From a virus: 64,000 bases of DNA. The stretch is taken from IMG/VR virus record IMGVR_UViG_3300033997_000077, positions 65,993 through 129,992 of that record. One strand, 5' to 3'. The position numbers were made by a program, and so were the translations under genes. Positions 1 through 9,759 of the stretch are shown one piece after another; the stretch's first letter is position 1; every line of letters begins with the position of its first letter. The notes under the pieces are model-generated. The model had not been told where the DNA came from and did no database searches. It saw only the letters and a list, made by a program, of their open reading frames with translations.

Positions 1-39
1 GTGGATTTCTGGGCTGTCTCGGGCACGGAGAGTTAACTA

Positions 40-747
40 ATGAACATTGCATTAGGATTGAATCAGGTTAAGTCGGAAAGCAGCGTGGAAGGCGAGCGCG
101 CCTTTGCCGACATCTTCGGTGACATCTTCGGTCAGATGTTCACGGACAGTATGCGCAAGTACAAGAAGGCCGACACTGAGTGCATGCTCGGCCCGCTGGA
201 ATCTGCATCCAACGCACAGCAAGCGTCGCGCAGCAGCCAGCACACCAAGTTCGGCCCCATCACGATCACTACTCGCCTCGAAGGCGCTGACATGTTCTCC
301 ATCGTGTGGAGCAACCGGATGAATAACTCGTCTATCGGGATCCACAAGTTCTCCAAAGGGCGCTACGTTGTGGAACTCGGTCTGGCGAGCGGTGCACGTG
401 TTGAAGCCCTGAACTTCAAGGCCATTGAGCACGCCACGGCGTTCGCTCTGCTCAACACTGACGTGACTCGGGTACAAGATGATCACGCACTGGCCGCGCG
501 CAAGCACTTCCTGCAATTCCTCGTCGCGCGAGAGAAGCGGGCACAAGGCGCAGTGAAGTTCACGAAGACCGCGTGGCAAGTTAGCCGACTGCGCGGGCAG
601 GATGTGAAGTTCAGCGAAGGCACCATCGACCACATTGGCCGCTTGATGTTCCTGCTCCCCAGCGAGAAAGCACTGATCACAACCTCCGATGGTAGCGGCA
701 AAGTCGTTAAGCACACCGTACCGTTCGACAATATTTGGATCCAGTAG
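40..747 (+). CDS. hypothetical phage protein (possible head/internal protein)
   Basis: 235-aa ORF with GGAG RBS and phage-like codon usage; N-terminal KSESS motif; no family recognised. Confidence 0.7.
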   Translation: MNIALGLNQVKSESSVEGERAFADIFGDIFGQMFTDSMRKYKKADTECMLGPLESASNAQQASRSSQHTKFGPITITTRLEGADMFSIVWSNRMNNSSIGIHKFSKGRYVVELGLASGARVEALNFKAIEHATAFALLNTDVTRVQDDHALAARKHFLQFLVAREKRAQGAVKFTKTAWQVSRLRGQDVKFSEGTIDHIGRLMFLLPSEKALITTSDGSGKVVKHTVPFDNIWIQ

Positions 748-756
748 GGAGACCTA

Positions 757-2889
757 ATGCGAAAGCCTAAGTACAGGATTCTCCTTGGGGACAACCGCAA
801 GACGCTTCCGACGATTCCGGATAAATCCATCTCCTGTTGTGTAACGAGCCCGCCCTATTATGGGCTGCGCGATTACGGCGGCATGGAAGAGCAGATCGGT
901 TTGGAAGCGACGCCGGAAGAATACGTCGCGGAGCTGGTGAAAGTGTTCGAAGAAGTGAAGCGTGTTCTGCGGGATGACGGTACGCTGTGGTTGAACATTG
1001 GGGACACCCATTACAACTATCGTCCAACATCTGGCGACGACACGCGTCCGCATTCATTCGGCGGCGCTCGCACTGACGCAATGAAGCGGGGGCTGCCCAA
1101 GGACAACTCAAAGACGCACCGTGGCCGGAAGCTGACGACCGTTAAGCAGAAGGATCTGATCGGCATTCCTTGGATGCTGGCCTTTGCGTTGCGTGCTGCT
1201 GGTTGGTATCTGCGGCAGGACATCATTTGGAGCAAGCCGAACCCGATGCCGGAAAGCGTCGGGGATCGTTGCACCAAAGCGCACGAATATATTTTCCTGC
1301 TCACTAAGAAGCCCCGCTATTACTTCGATAAGGAAGCCGCGAAAGAAGCCGCCGTAACTGGTGGGCTGCGCAAGCGGCGCAGTGTATGGCACGTCCCCAC
1401 AGTCCCATACAAGGGAGCGCACTTTGCAACGTTCCCTCCGGAACTTATCGAGCCGTGTATTCGAATCGGCGCGCCGAAAGGCTCACGCGTATTAGATCCG
1501 TTCGGCGGATCCGGCACTACGGCTGGGGTGGCGCTCGCTTTAGGTTGCGATGCGACACTCTGCGAATTGGATCCAAACTCCGCAAAACTCGTCAAAGACC
1601 GAGTGAAGTCAATCGGTCGGGCATACAAACTGAAACTCAATGAGGAACAAGACATGGAAATCAAACTGTCTGTATCGGCATTCAAGCCGAAAGTTCAAAC
1701 AGGTGACCCGAAGCGCGATCTGGCGACGTCCCCGTCGGGGCGTCAAAGTGTGATGTCAGCCACGGAAATCACGAACATCGCACAGAGCATAGTAGACAAG
1801 ATGCGCAAGCGCAACCTTCCCATCAGGTCGGAACACTCCCTGCGCAAGGCTGCTACGGAGGCGGTGAACAGTTGGGTAAACCGCTCCACTGCGTCGAAGC
1901 TCACCAAGGAAGTTAAGCAGAAGGCGGCAACCAAACTGGTCAACCGTGTGGTCGCCCTGTTCAACAAAAGCGAGCCGAAGGGAGTCTCTGCACCTAACGG
2001 CACCGATGCCAAGGCCAAGAAATTCTCCAAGGCCGAGATCGAAAAGATTGCAGGGCGTCTCGTCCACTACGTGAAGTTCTCCGGCGCGGTGGACAGCAAG
2101 AACAAGGATAAATCCATCGACAACATTGTGAAAGGTTGGGCAGACATGCACAGCGTGCAGTATCCGAACCAATCACGCATGCTCAACAAAGACGCGGTTA
2201 AGAAGCAGCTGGTCGAGCTAGTCAACAAGAAGGCAGGCGGCTCCAAGAAAGCTCCGGCGTCCGCACCATCTGACAAGGTTGTGCCGAATACCGTGGCCGC
2301 CACCAAGGAAGAGAGACTGAAAGCTCAGATTCTGGCTGGCACCAAACTCCGCAACCAGTTCCAAGGCATGCTGGCAAAAGCCCCGTCCATGACTGCCAAG
2401 TCAATCGAGAACATCCGCAAGCATTGCGTTGCATACAACAAGGTGATCACCTCTGTTCAACGCGGCAACGAAGCGCTGGCCGAGACCACCAAGATCGAAG
2501 GGCTGCGCGGCATCGAATCCGTGAAGAACTACGTCAACAACGTTCTGGGCCTGACCTACGGCTACGTTGAAATCGCCAAGCAGTTGGGTGTTGCTCAGAC
2601 TGCGCTGAAGGACAAGATCAATGCAGGCATCACCGTGGAGACTTCCAACGTTGAGCTGAAGCGCACCGCCAAGGCCAATGCGCAGCGTGCTCTGGGTTCC
2701 GTAGCCAAAGCACTCAGCCGCCGCAACTGCCAGCTGCCGACTTCCTTCCAGCGTGAAGTTGAGAAGGTGTTCGTGGACGCTGCGATGTCCGGTGACATCA
2801 AGAAGGCCAAGGAGCTGCTGCGTGATCGCATCGACATCTTTGTTGCCGACGTGTTCCGCAACAAGACCAAACTGTACTCAGCCAAGTAA
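757..2889 (+). CDS. beta-class N4-cytosine/N6-adenine DNA methyltransferase fused to a ~410-aa Lys/Ala-rich C-terminal domain
   Basis: Catalytic VTSPPY precedes SAM-binding LDPFGGSGTT (beta order); also IIWSKPNPMPES and HFATFPPEL. In-frame GAGGA RBS plus ATG at 1654 begins an unrelated domain. Confidence 0.85.
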   Translation: MRKPKYRILLGDNRKTLPTIPDKSISCCVTSPPYYGLRDYGGMEEQIGLEATPEEYVAELVKVFEEVKRVLRDDGTLWLNIGDTHYNYRPTSGDDTRPHSFGGARTDAMKRGLPKDNSKTHRGRKLTTVKQKDLIGIPWMLAFALRAAGWYLRQDIIWSKPNPMPESVGDRCTKAHEYIFLLTKKPRYYFDKEAAKEAAVTGGLRKRRSVWHVPTVPYKGAHFATFPPELIEPCIRIGAPKGSRVLDPFGGSGTTAGVALALGCDATLCELDPNSAKLVKDRVKSIGRAYKLKLNEEQDMEIKLSVSAFKPKVQTGDPKRDLATSPSGRQSVMSATEITNIAQSIVDKMRKRNLPIRSEHSLRKAATEAVNSWVNRSTASKLTKEVKQKAATKLVNRVVALFNKSEPKGVSAPNGTDAKAKKFSKAEIEKIAGRLVHYVKFSGAVDSKNKDKSIDNIVKGWADMHSVQYPNQSRMLNKDAVKKQLVELVNKKAGGSKKAPASAPSDKVVPNTVAATKEERLKAQILAGTKLRNQFQGMLAKAPSMTAKSIENIRKHCVAYNKVITSVQRGNEALAETTKIEGLRGIESVKNYVNNVLGLTYGYVEIAKQLGVAQTALKDKINAGITVETSNVELKRTAKANAQRALGSVAKALSRRNCQLPTSFQREVEKVFVDAAMSGDIKKAKELLRDRIDIFVADVFRNKTKLYSAK

Positions 2890-2898
2890 AGGTGAAGC

Positions 2899-3561
2899 AT
2901 GGATAGTTACATCGTACTTGAAGGGCCGGATTTCGCTGGCAAGTCTTCTCTGATTGCTTTCATTGCGGAGCAACTTCAAGCGCGCGGTGTGGAAGTGGAG
3001 GTCGTCCGCGAGCCGGGCGGCACCCCTTTCGCTGAAGCGATGCGCGAGAGCGTGCTGTGCGGAGAGTACAACCCGAGCCAAGAAGCCGAACTGTTTGCCA
3101 TGCTGGCAGCACGTGCCGATCTGTTCCACAAGCGGATTCTTCCGGCGTTGGAGCAAGGCAAAGTTGTACTGGGTGACCGTGGTTCTCCCAGCACTGACAT
3201 CTACCAGTGTGGTAACGATGACGTACTGCGTGACATGTTCCTGCGCTACAAGAAGATAGCCGCACCGATCACTCCGCTGTACGTGTTCCTCGAACTCGAC
3301 TACGAGACCTACCTCGAACGCCGCAACGCGCGTGCTGCTGAAGGTCAGGCGCTCGACGCCATCGAGAAACGTTACACCGAGCGCTCAAAGTACGAAGCCC
3401 TGATGTCCAGTTACCGTCAGGCTGCTGCCCGTGAGCAGAACGTACTGATCGTCAACGTCGTTGGCAAGACGATTGAGCAGATCTACAATGAACTCTGGCC
3501 GTACCTGCGCTGTGAAGCGCAGTTGTCTGTAGGAGGCCCCCGTGAATGTGACCCAGCGTAA
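2899..3561 (+). CDS. tmk: thymidylate kinase
   Basis: P-loop LEGPDFAGKSS, REPGGT, ELFAMLAARA, and the VLGDR motif typical of Tmk. Confidence 0.9.
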   Translation: MDSYIVLEGPDFAGKSSLIAFIAEQLQARGVEVEVVREPGGTPFAEAMRESVLCGEYNPSQEAELFAMLAARADLFHKRILPALEQGKVVLGDRGSPSTDIYQCGNDDVLRDMFLRYKKIAAPITPLYVFLELDYETYLERRNARAAEGQALDAIEKRYTERSKYEALMSSYRQAAAREQNVLIVNVVGKTIEQIYNELWPYLRCEAQLSVGGPRECDPA

Positions 3562-5467
3562 TTTTGGCGTCCGTATGCAAAGCCTCAGTCAAGTGTTACC
3601 GATGACTTCGGAGTCCGCCGTGACTCCGATTCGTCTGAAGTACATGGGCAGTGCGCCCGTGGAACTCGACGGTAACGACGACTGGGATGCGTCGATGGAC
3701 AAAGGCGAAGCCTACGAGCTTGTGCCTGCCGCAAACGCACGCGGCAAAGTCGCCATTGTGTTGAAGATTGAACGCAAACGTGAATTCTTCTACGTCAGCG
3801 ACCGTGCGAAGATCATGCAGATTCTGGCGGGCACCAAGTTCCCCAAGAAGATGGATCTCGACAACCTGCTGTACGCAACAGGCAAGGGCGTGAACCGTGC
3901 GAACTTTGTTGAGGTCGGCACCATTGCTGAAGACATCAACGATATGTCTACGCACAAGTGGTTCCTCGCCGCTGGGATCAAGATGTATATGGACAAGAAC
4001 AAGCGCCATTACTTCTGTTTCGATCTCAAGAACCCGATGGAAACCTACCTGCCGAAGACCAAGGTAGCCCGCCTGAAAGCGTCGTTCAAGCCGCAGCCCG
4101 CTAAGACCATCGTGCAGCAAATCGCGGACAAGGTTGAGGAAAAGGTTGCTGGCACGAAGACCGTGCACCAGTACGACGGCGGCCCCATCGATCCGAAGTA
4201 CGTAGGCGACCCGAACTTCAGCGTCCTGATCGGCGGCAACGTCTACAAGGGCACCGAACTCAGCATCGACAACAAGGGCAACGTGTACCATCCGGTTGCG
4301 TCCGATGACCCCATCGAGAATGCGTTGCGTAACCACAAGCGTCCTGCCTACAAGAACATGACGACCGCGCAGATCGGTGCTGCGTTGCTGGCTATGCCGC
4401 GCGAGCAGCTGTATGTTGAAGCCGCACGTGCTGCCCACGCCGAAGACCTGCGCGCACTGCTGGCAGCTGGCCGTACACTCTCGCAGTGGAAAGACCTCGG
4501 CTACACCAGCAAGCAGGGAGCTGAAAAGCAACTTGCAGCAATCGAGAGCGCCAATGTACGCGAGGCTGTTCCGGTAACGAGCCCGACTGTTGGCCCACGC
4601 AACACCACTATCCCACAGCCGAAGACCATTGCGGATTCCGATTACGGCTTCCTCGCTGTAACACCGCACGAACTTCACGCCAAAGATAGCTGGGTGGTGT
4701 ACGCTCCGACACGCGCGGCCCTTACTCGCCAACTCGACATCCTGCACTCTGCTGCTGGTGATTCGATGGCGAAGGCCGGAAAGGTCGAACTCTACAAGAT
4801 CGTGCGTCAGTCGCCGCTTGTCCAGCAGATCGCCAAGCGCGCCGTCGCAATGTCTACTGCGGAAATCAAATCGAAGGCAACGTTCGTGCGCATGGTTTCC
4901 TACGTCGCGCCCATCGCCGGAGACGAGGTTCAGCATGAGCGTCCGTGGACTGACATCGACCCCGACGACATCAACGTCAGTTGGAGCGACTACGATCCTG
5001 CGGAAACCCGACTGGCGATCACCAAGCTGTTCAACGAGGGCTTCTTCAGTGCCACGTTGAAGCCGCGCCCGACTACCAAGGGTTTGGTGTTCGACATCGT
5101 TGGTGGCCGCGCTGGTCGTGATGAAGTCTACGGTGCAGTGCGCCGCGTGTACCAGTGGCTGCACAACATTGGAATCAACAACGTCAAGGTTGCCGCCAAG
5201 TGGGCACCGACCAAAGCGCTGATTGACTTCAAGTTCCCTGCACTGTCCGCCGACGAGAAAGAGAGTATCCGACTGCTGCGCGAGAAGCCGCCAGTTATCG
5301 GGGCACCGCTCTACACCATCGAGGCGCAGAAGCACCGCACGTTCCAGATCTACGCTGCCGACAACAACTCCGGTAAGGTGTTCATGTATCCTGTGCGGAA
5401 TACTCAGCCGCTCACGAACGAGCCGACGCCTGTGCTGTACTGCAAAGTTCAACGCATTGCAGAATAA
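3542..5467 (+). CDS. hypothetical protein, 641 aa (possible virion protein)
   Basis: GTG start with AGGAGG RBS; strong codon bias; followed by a terminator. Confidence 0.75.
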   Translation: MNVTQRNFGVRMQSLSQVLPMTSESAVTPIRLKYMGSAPVELDGNDDWDASMDKGEAYELVPAANARGKVAIVLKIERKREFFYVSDRAKIMQILAGTKFPKKMDLDNLLYATGKGVNRANFVEVGTIAEDINDMSTHKWFLAAGIKMYMDKNKRHYFCFDLKNPMETYLPKTKVARLKASFKPQPAKTIVQQIADKVEEKVAGTKTVHQYDGGPIDPKYVGDPNFSVLIGGNVYKGTELSIDNKGNVYHPVASDDPIENALRNHKRPAYKNMTTAQIGAALLAMPREQLYVEAARAAHAEDLRALLAAGRTLSQWKDLGYTSKQGAEKQLAAIESANVREAVPVTSPTVGPRNTTIPQPKTIADSDYGFLAVTPHELHAKDSWVVYAPTRAALTRQLDILHSAAGDSMAKAGKVELYKIVRQSPLVQQIAKRAVAMSTAEIKSKATFVRMVSYVAPIAGDEVQHERPWTDIDPDDINVSWSDYDPAETRLAITKLFNEGFFSATLKPRPTTKGLVFDIVGGRAGRDEVYGAVRRVYQWLHNIGINNVKVAAKWAPTKALIDFKFPALSADEKESIRLLREKPPVIGAPLYTIEAQKHRTFQIYAADNNSGKVFMYPVRNTQPLTNEPTPVLYCKVQRIAE

Positions 5468-5468
5468 G

Positions 5469-5507
5469 AAAAGGGGAGACACCGCAAAGTGTCTCCCCTT
5501 TCTTTTT
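5469..5507. terminator. bidirectional intrinsic terminator
   Basis: GGGGAGACAC-CGCAAA-GTGTCTCCCC stem flanked by A- and T-tracts, between convergent genes. Confidence 0.85.
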
Positions 5508-5997
5508 ACCCGATAGAGAACGCCTGCTTGCGGTTATTGCGGGGCACGTAGCTAACGTGTACCCAACCGCTGCGCGGGTCTCCGCTCTTGTGGAACTCAA
5601 GGATCAGCTGGTCGTAAACCAAGTTGGCCTTGATCCACTCGTACAGATCCTTGTTGCTTACTCCCCTCACTTCCAAATCAACGGCATTGCCGCGCGGGTG
5701 CTGCTTGCGGGCAAAATACTTCGCCCAGCTAACTTCGTTGACCTTCATGCCGTTCTGCGCACACCACTTCACATACGCATCCTTGCAGATAGCCTTCTCC
5801 AACGCTTCGCAGCGATACCACGAATTGATCTCAATGTTGGCGACGCCGTACTTGATAGCCAATGGCTCAAGAACGTTGACCGCAACGTTGATCGCTTCGT
5901 TCACCACGGCGGGCGGCGCACTGTTGTCAATCTTCAGGCGGTAAGCGGTATCGCTCTCCACCACATGACGCAGATTGAAATTGGCACTGATCTGCAT
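5506..5997 (-). CDS. peptidase M15 family Zn peptidoglycan peptidase (probable endolysin)
   Basis: ISANF start, SWYRC, QHPRGNAVDL (H..D ligands), YDQLILEF and WVHVSY. Start moved to ATG 5997 because of the GGAGG RBS. Confidence 0.85.
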   Translation of the reverse strand: MQISANFNLRHVVESDTAYRLKIDNSAPPAVVNEAINVAVNVLEPLAIKYGVANIEINSWYRCEALEKAICKDAYVKWCAQNGMKVNEVSWAKYFARKQHPRGNAVDLEVRGVSNKDLYEWIKANLVYDQLILEFHKSGDPRSGWVHVSYVPRNNRKQAFSIG

Positions 5998-6016
5998 ACA
6001 TACCTCCGATGCAAAA

Positions 6017-6026
6017 CTGTAAACAA
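6017..6026 (+). promoter_or_regulatory. putative phage promoter element CTGTAAACAA
   Basis: Identical 10-mer at 8910; one-base variants at 50436 and 52392 (- strand); all lie upstream of gene starts. Confidence 0.35.
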
Positions 6027-6051
6027 GTGGTGACCCCTTATGGAGACCACT

Positions 6052-6594
6052 ATGAAACACGAGTACATTGTTAGTGCAGCGTTGACAGCGTTCCAGATTT
6101 CGACCCACAGTCACTGTGTACGTCGTCAAGCTGGCGCAATCATCATTGCACGTGACGGGACTGAAAACCGTCCCGAGGTGTTGGGCTGGGGCGCGAACGG
6201 TATGCCGTCCGGCCATGCAACCAACTGCTGCGAGATCCCAGCTGCTCCGGACTTCGTGCCGCAAGCTGGTGATCCTTACGGCCACTTGATGACAAGCCCT
6301 GAAGTCGTTCACGCGGAAATCAGAGCGCTACGTCAAGCGGGCGAAAGTGCGCGTGGCGCAATCATGGTATGCACTGACACCCCGTGCCCAGATTGCCTCA
6401 AGGCACTCAACGATGCAGGGATTGCCGAGTTCTACTACCTGTTCGACTATCGCCTGACCGCACACCTTCAGGACGCCACATTCAAAATTAGCCAGATAGA
6501 CGTGGATGAAGTTCTGTGTCTGTCACAGGCATTGAGCAAGCGCATTGAACACCGCATCATCAACAACCTGAAACTCATGGAGCAAAGCAAATGA
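6052..6594 (+). CDS. dCMP deaminase
   Basis: SHCVRRQAGAII, GANGMP, VVHAE and PCPDC Zn-deaminase motifs. Confidence 0.9.
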   Translation: MKHEYIVSAALTAFQISTHSHCVRRQAGAIIIARDGTENRPEVLGWGANGMPSGHATNCCEIPAAPDFVPQAGDPYGHLMTSPEVVHAEIRALRQAGESARGAIMVCTDTPCPDCLKALNDAGIAEFYYLFDYRLTAHLQDATFKISQIDVDEVLCLSQALSKRIEHRIINNLKLMEQSK

Positions 6595-7907
6595 ACGGAA
6601 CCTGCCCAAGCGTAGCCGACGACTTCGAAGACGCCGAAGAGTTTAACTCTTACTTCAACGTAGATCTCCAATACGTCGACCTGTTGGAGAAAATTCAACA
6701 CGTCAACTACGTGAAACCTGCACGCCAGCATACGCGGATGTCTATTCCGCACTCTGCTATGTGGTTCCCCGACGTCACGGTAAGCATGCCGCTGCCACGC
6801 GTTAAAAAGTTGTTCCTGCGTCAGATGCTGCGCGAGCTGCTTTGGTTCTGTAGCGGCGCAACCGACATTGCGTATTTGAAACGCCACAACGTCAACATCT
6901 GGGATGGCTGGGTGAAAGCAGGCACCGAAGTGTGGGCGGAAATCCCGTGGGCGGATCGCATTCGCGAGGTAGAGAAGCGTGGCCTACTCGAAGAGTTCCA
7001 GCGCTACACCGCACAGTATCCGGATCAACTCGACCGTCACGCAATCTGGATGGACAACTACAGCATCCCGTCACGCAAACTTGTCGGCGGCCAGCTGGGC
7101 CCCGTGTATGGCGCGCAGTGGCGCAGAATCGAAGATACTCAGATCATCTTCACTGGGGATCCTGACTCCAAAGAACGCTACGACGCACTGTTAGCCAAGG
7201 GATACGTGAAGCAAGGCATCTTCGAAGCTGGCGAAACCGGATACGACAACGTGGTAATGGTCGGCTACATTGACCAGCTGGGCGACGTGCTGGATCTGCT
7301 GGATCGTGATCCCGGCTCTTCGCGCATGGTTGTCAACGCGTGGAACCCGCGTGACTTGCCGAAGATGCAACTGCCGCCCTGCCACATGACTTTCCAGCTT
7401 GTGGTCGGCGCTCCCCACTATCGTTGTCTCCACAACGTTGAGCACGTGCTGCACATGAACGCGTACCAGCGCAGCGTTGACACCTGTTTGGGCTTGCCGT
7501 TCAATCTGGCGTCGTACTCCACACTGCTCCACATCTTTGCAGCAGTATCCAAGATCAAGCTGGACGCTGGTGGTCTCATGTATAACATGGGCGACTGCCA
7601 CATCTACAGCAACCAACTCGGTGAGCCGATGGACAAGCTGAAGGGCCAGATCGAAAACGAACTGGAACGTCTGGCCGAACAAGAGAACGTGTCGGATGCC
7701 ATGATCGACGCACCGAAGTTGAAGATCAACGTTCCGGAGTCGCTGACCACCAAGTGGGCAGGCTGCGACAAATACTACGGCACGCGCTATCGTTTCGACG
7801 AATTCATCGGCCACTGCATGGAGTTGTCGGACGAAGAGCTGTTCAAGGTGTTCGACTACACCTACGAGAACTACCAGCCCCACGTTCACTTCCCCGTCAG
7901 CATCTAA
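6591..7907 (+). CDS. thyA: thymidylate synthase (ThyA type, with insertions)
   Basis: ELLWF, IWDGW, LGPVYGAQWR, AWNP, LPPCH, YQRSVD, LGLPFN, GDCHIY. Confidence 0.93.
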   Translation: MNGTCPSVADDFEDAEEFNSYFNVDLQYVDLLEKIQHVNYVKPARQHTRMSIPHSAMWFPDVTVSMPLPRVKKLFLRQMLRELLWFCSGATDIAYLKRHNVNIWDGWVKAGTEVWAEIPWADRIREVEKRGLLEEFQRYTAQYPDQLDRHAIWMDNYSIPSRKLVGGQLGPVYGAQWRRIEDTQIIFTGDPDSKERYDALLAKGYVKQGIFEAGETGYDNVVMVGYIDQLGDVLDLLDRDPGSSRMVVNAWNPRDLPKMQLPPCHMTFQLVVGAPHYRCLHNVEHVLHMNAYQRSVDTCLGLPFNLASYSTLLHIFAAVSKIKLDAGGLMYNMGDCHIYSNQLGEPMDKLKGQIENELERLAEQENVSDAMIDAPKLKINVPESLTTKWAGCDKYYGTRYRFDEFIGHCMELSDEELFKVFDYTYENYQPHVHFPVSI

Positions 7908-7916
7908 GGAGCGTAT

Positions 7917-8252
7917 ATGGAAAAGCGCCCCACAAAAGCAAAAGCCAAGTATACGCGCTTTGAGGCACGCCTCAGTCCTGAATTGAAGGCGGCTATCGAA
8001 ACGGCTGCCGACATCCGTGGAGTAACCACTTCCGCCTTTGCCAAGACTACGTTGAAGCAAGTGGCAGAGGGCGTAATCGCATCACCCTCTGCGCAAGTCA
8101 TTCTACTTGACGCCGAAGCGTTCGCGCGATTCGAAGAGTTGATCAAATCACCGCCCAACTATAACGATGCGATGTTGAAGGCTTTAGAAGATGTTAAGCG
8201 CGGGCAAGTCGTTATCGGGTACAAGCGAACCAAACGCAAGGAGCAGCCATGA
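7917..8252 (+). CDS. DUF1778 ribbon-helix-helix protein (TacA/AtaR-like antitoxin), no cognate toxin adjacent
   Basis: RFEARLSPELKAAIETAADIRGVTTSAF...ILLDAEAFARFEELIKSPPNYNDAMLKAL fits the DUF1778 pattern. Confidence 0.8.
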   Translation: MEKRPTKAKAKYTRFEARLSPELKAAIETAADIRGVTTSAFAKTTLKQVAEGVIASPSAQVILLDAEAFARFEELIKSPPNYNDAMLKALEDVKRGQVVIGYKRTKRKEQP

Positions 8253-8905
8253 TCACGTTGAGCATTGCAATGCCGTTCACCGACGAGCTTGAGGAAGAGT
8301 GCAAGTTCCTCAACGTCGATGACGGAAAGGTGCCGCCCTCAGTTGTCCGCTACGCTGCAATGCAGGGCGTATCGCTGGCAGGGCAGAAGCTCACCCGCGC
8401 CCGTTACGACTGGGGTACGATGCACTTCACGTTCGAGCCCGTCAGTGAAAGCGAGTTCGTAACGTTGCCCGAAATTCCGTACACGGAAGACAACTACCAC
8501 CCGCTGCATGGGCCCGCGCAACGTTGGTGGGTTGCCATCTGCCGCGCTGGTGTCGAGGGCCCCAACATTCTGGATCCCAAAGTGGTCGAGGAAGTCAAAG
8601 CCGCGTGCGGTGGGCTTGACCTAACGGGCAAGGAAGTGAACTACGTCACCAAAGGCATGCACGGTTACCACATTCGGATCCGACGTGACTTGCTGAACGC
8701 TCCCGTGGTGCTCGGCGTGGACATGGCAGCAGAAGGGCAGGACACCACCGTTGAACTGGCGGTGGAGCAGCCCGACGCCGATCAGCCGAAGTACACGGAG
8801 AACGGCTACCGCAAGTTGCCGGAAACCAAAGGCGAGCAGGGCATTGTTGGTAGAGCTATTGATTCGGTACTCGACGCATTCACCATTGGGTCACTGATCG
8901 ACTGA
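8249..8905 (+). CDS. hypothetical protein
   Basis: 218-aa ORF with AGGAG RBS and ATGA coupling to the upstream gene. Confidence 0.7.
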   Translation: MITLSIAMPFTDELEEECKFLNVDDGKVPPSVVRYAAMQGVSLAGQKLTRARYDWGTMHFTFEPVSESEFVTLPEIPYTEDNYHPLHGPAQRWWVAICRAGVEGPNILDPKVVEEVKAACGGLDLTGKEVNYVTKGMHGYHIRIRRDLLNAPVVLGVDMAAEGQDTTVELAVEQPDADQPKYTENGYRKLPETKGEQGIVGRAIDSVLDAFTIGSLID

Positions 8906-8909
8906 CATA

Positions 8910-8942
8910 CTGTAAACAATAGGGGAGCGCAGTGCTCCCCTT
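8910..8942 (+). promoter_or_regulatory. CTGTAAACAA element followed by hairpin AGGGGAGC-GCAGT-GCTCCCCT
   Basis: Intergenic motif and stem-loop directly before a GGAG RBS. Confidence 0.4.
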
Positions 8943-8952
8943 GGAGATCCAC

Positions 8953-9324
8953 ATGCAGAAAACGACCAATAGACGTTACTACGATCTGGAAGCTAGCGGG
9001 CTGGCGGAGCGTCCGATGGGCTCACGCCTTCCACGTTCGCAGTTTGAAGTGTACGAGTATGCGAAGGCGCTGGGAATGTCGGAACCTGAAGCCAAGCTCT
9101 TCGCCAACAACGTTTCGTCGGCAGGTTATGGCGTAACACAGGAAGCGCTGGACAAGGCATACGCCATCCACAACGAACGGGTTCGCCTGCTGGCACAGCG
9201 TCAGCGTGAAGTTGAAGAGCGTGCAGCCAAAGCCGCCATCCGCAGCCCCAACACGGGCAACGCGATTCGCAGCCACGAACGCCGCGCCGCCCAGAAATCA
9301 GCAGCAAGGAAGAAACGCAAATGA
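8953..9324 (+). CDS. hypothetical protein with basic C-terminus
   Basis: ATG 8953 after GGAG RBS. Confidence 0.65.
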   Translation: MQKTTNRRYYDLEASGLAERPMGSRLPRSQFEVYEYAKALGMSEPEAKLFANNVSSAGYGVTQEALDKAYAIHNERVRLLAQRQREVEERAAKAAIRSPNTGNAIRSHERRAAQKSAARKKRK

Positions 9325-9755
9325 ACATAGAGAAACCAAACGAAGACGGGAAGATTGACGTCCAGATCAACTTTCATCGTCTACCCTTCGCACTGCGCGG
9401 TGACCCGCTCATTGTGGCGGCGAAAAGCGAGTGGGAGCAAACCCTGTCGAAGGCGCTGACCAGTCAGTTGCATGGGCGCATCGACCGTGAGGGCAAGTTC
9501 ACCGAAGCGTGCCCGACTTCCGCACCCATCATTGACTTCAAGGAAGGTGACAACGCTCCGGACAACGTTCGTGACGTGATGGACAGATGGCTCGCGGCTC
9601 TGGTGGGGGTGACCCCTGCGAGCATGCCGGAAATGGAGCTGTCGCCCGAGATTGTCCAGAACGTACTGAATGCAACGGGCGTTGATCTCAGCCACTACAC
9701 TGTAACAGATGTCGAGTACAGTGCCCCAAGCGTGTTCAACATTACTCTGAGGTAG
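9321..9755 (+). CDS. hypothetical protein
   Basis: 144-aa ORF, ATGA-coupled. Confidence 0.7.
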   Translation: MNIEKPNEDGKIDVQINFHRLPFALRGDPLIVAAKSEWEQTLSKALTSQLHGRIDREGKFTEACPTSAPIIDFKEGDNAPDNVRDVMDRWLAALVGVTPASMPEMELSPEIVQNVLNATGVDLSHYTVTDVEYSAPSVFNITLR

Positions 9756-9759
9756 CACC

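Noticed and set aside
3559-3564. TAATTT as the promoter for the 641-aa gene
   Set aside because: It coincides with the tmk stop codon and lies downstream of the better-supported GTG start at 3542
3596-5482. 628-aa antisense ORF
   Set aside because: Shadow of the codon-biased + strand gene; no RBS or recognisable motifs
5998-6312. N-terminal extension of the M15 ORF given in the track
   Set aside because: It overlaps the dCMP deaminase on the opposite strand; the strong RBS supports a start at 5997
6591-7907. dCMP/dUMP hydroxymethylase (DNA hypermodification)
   Set aside because: Canonical ThyA residues including the PFN Asn, DHFR is present, and no glycosyltransferase or other modification genes were seen in the window
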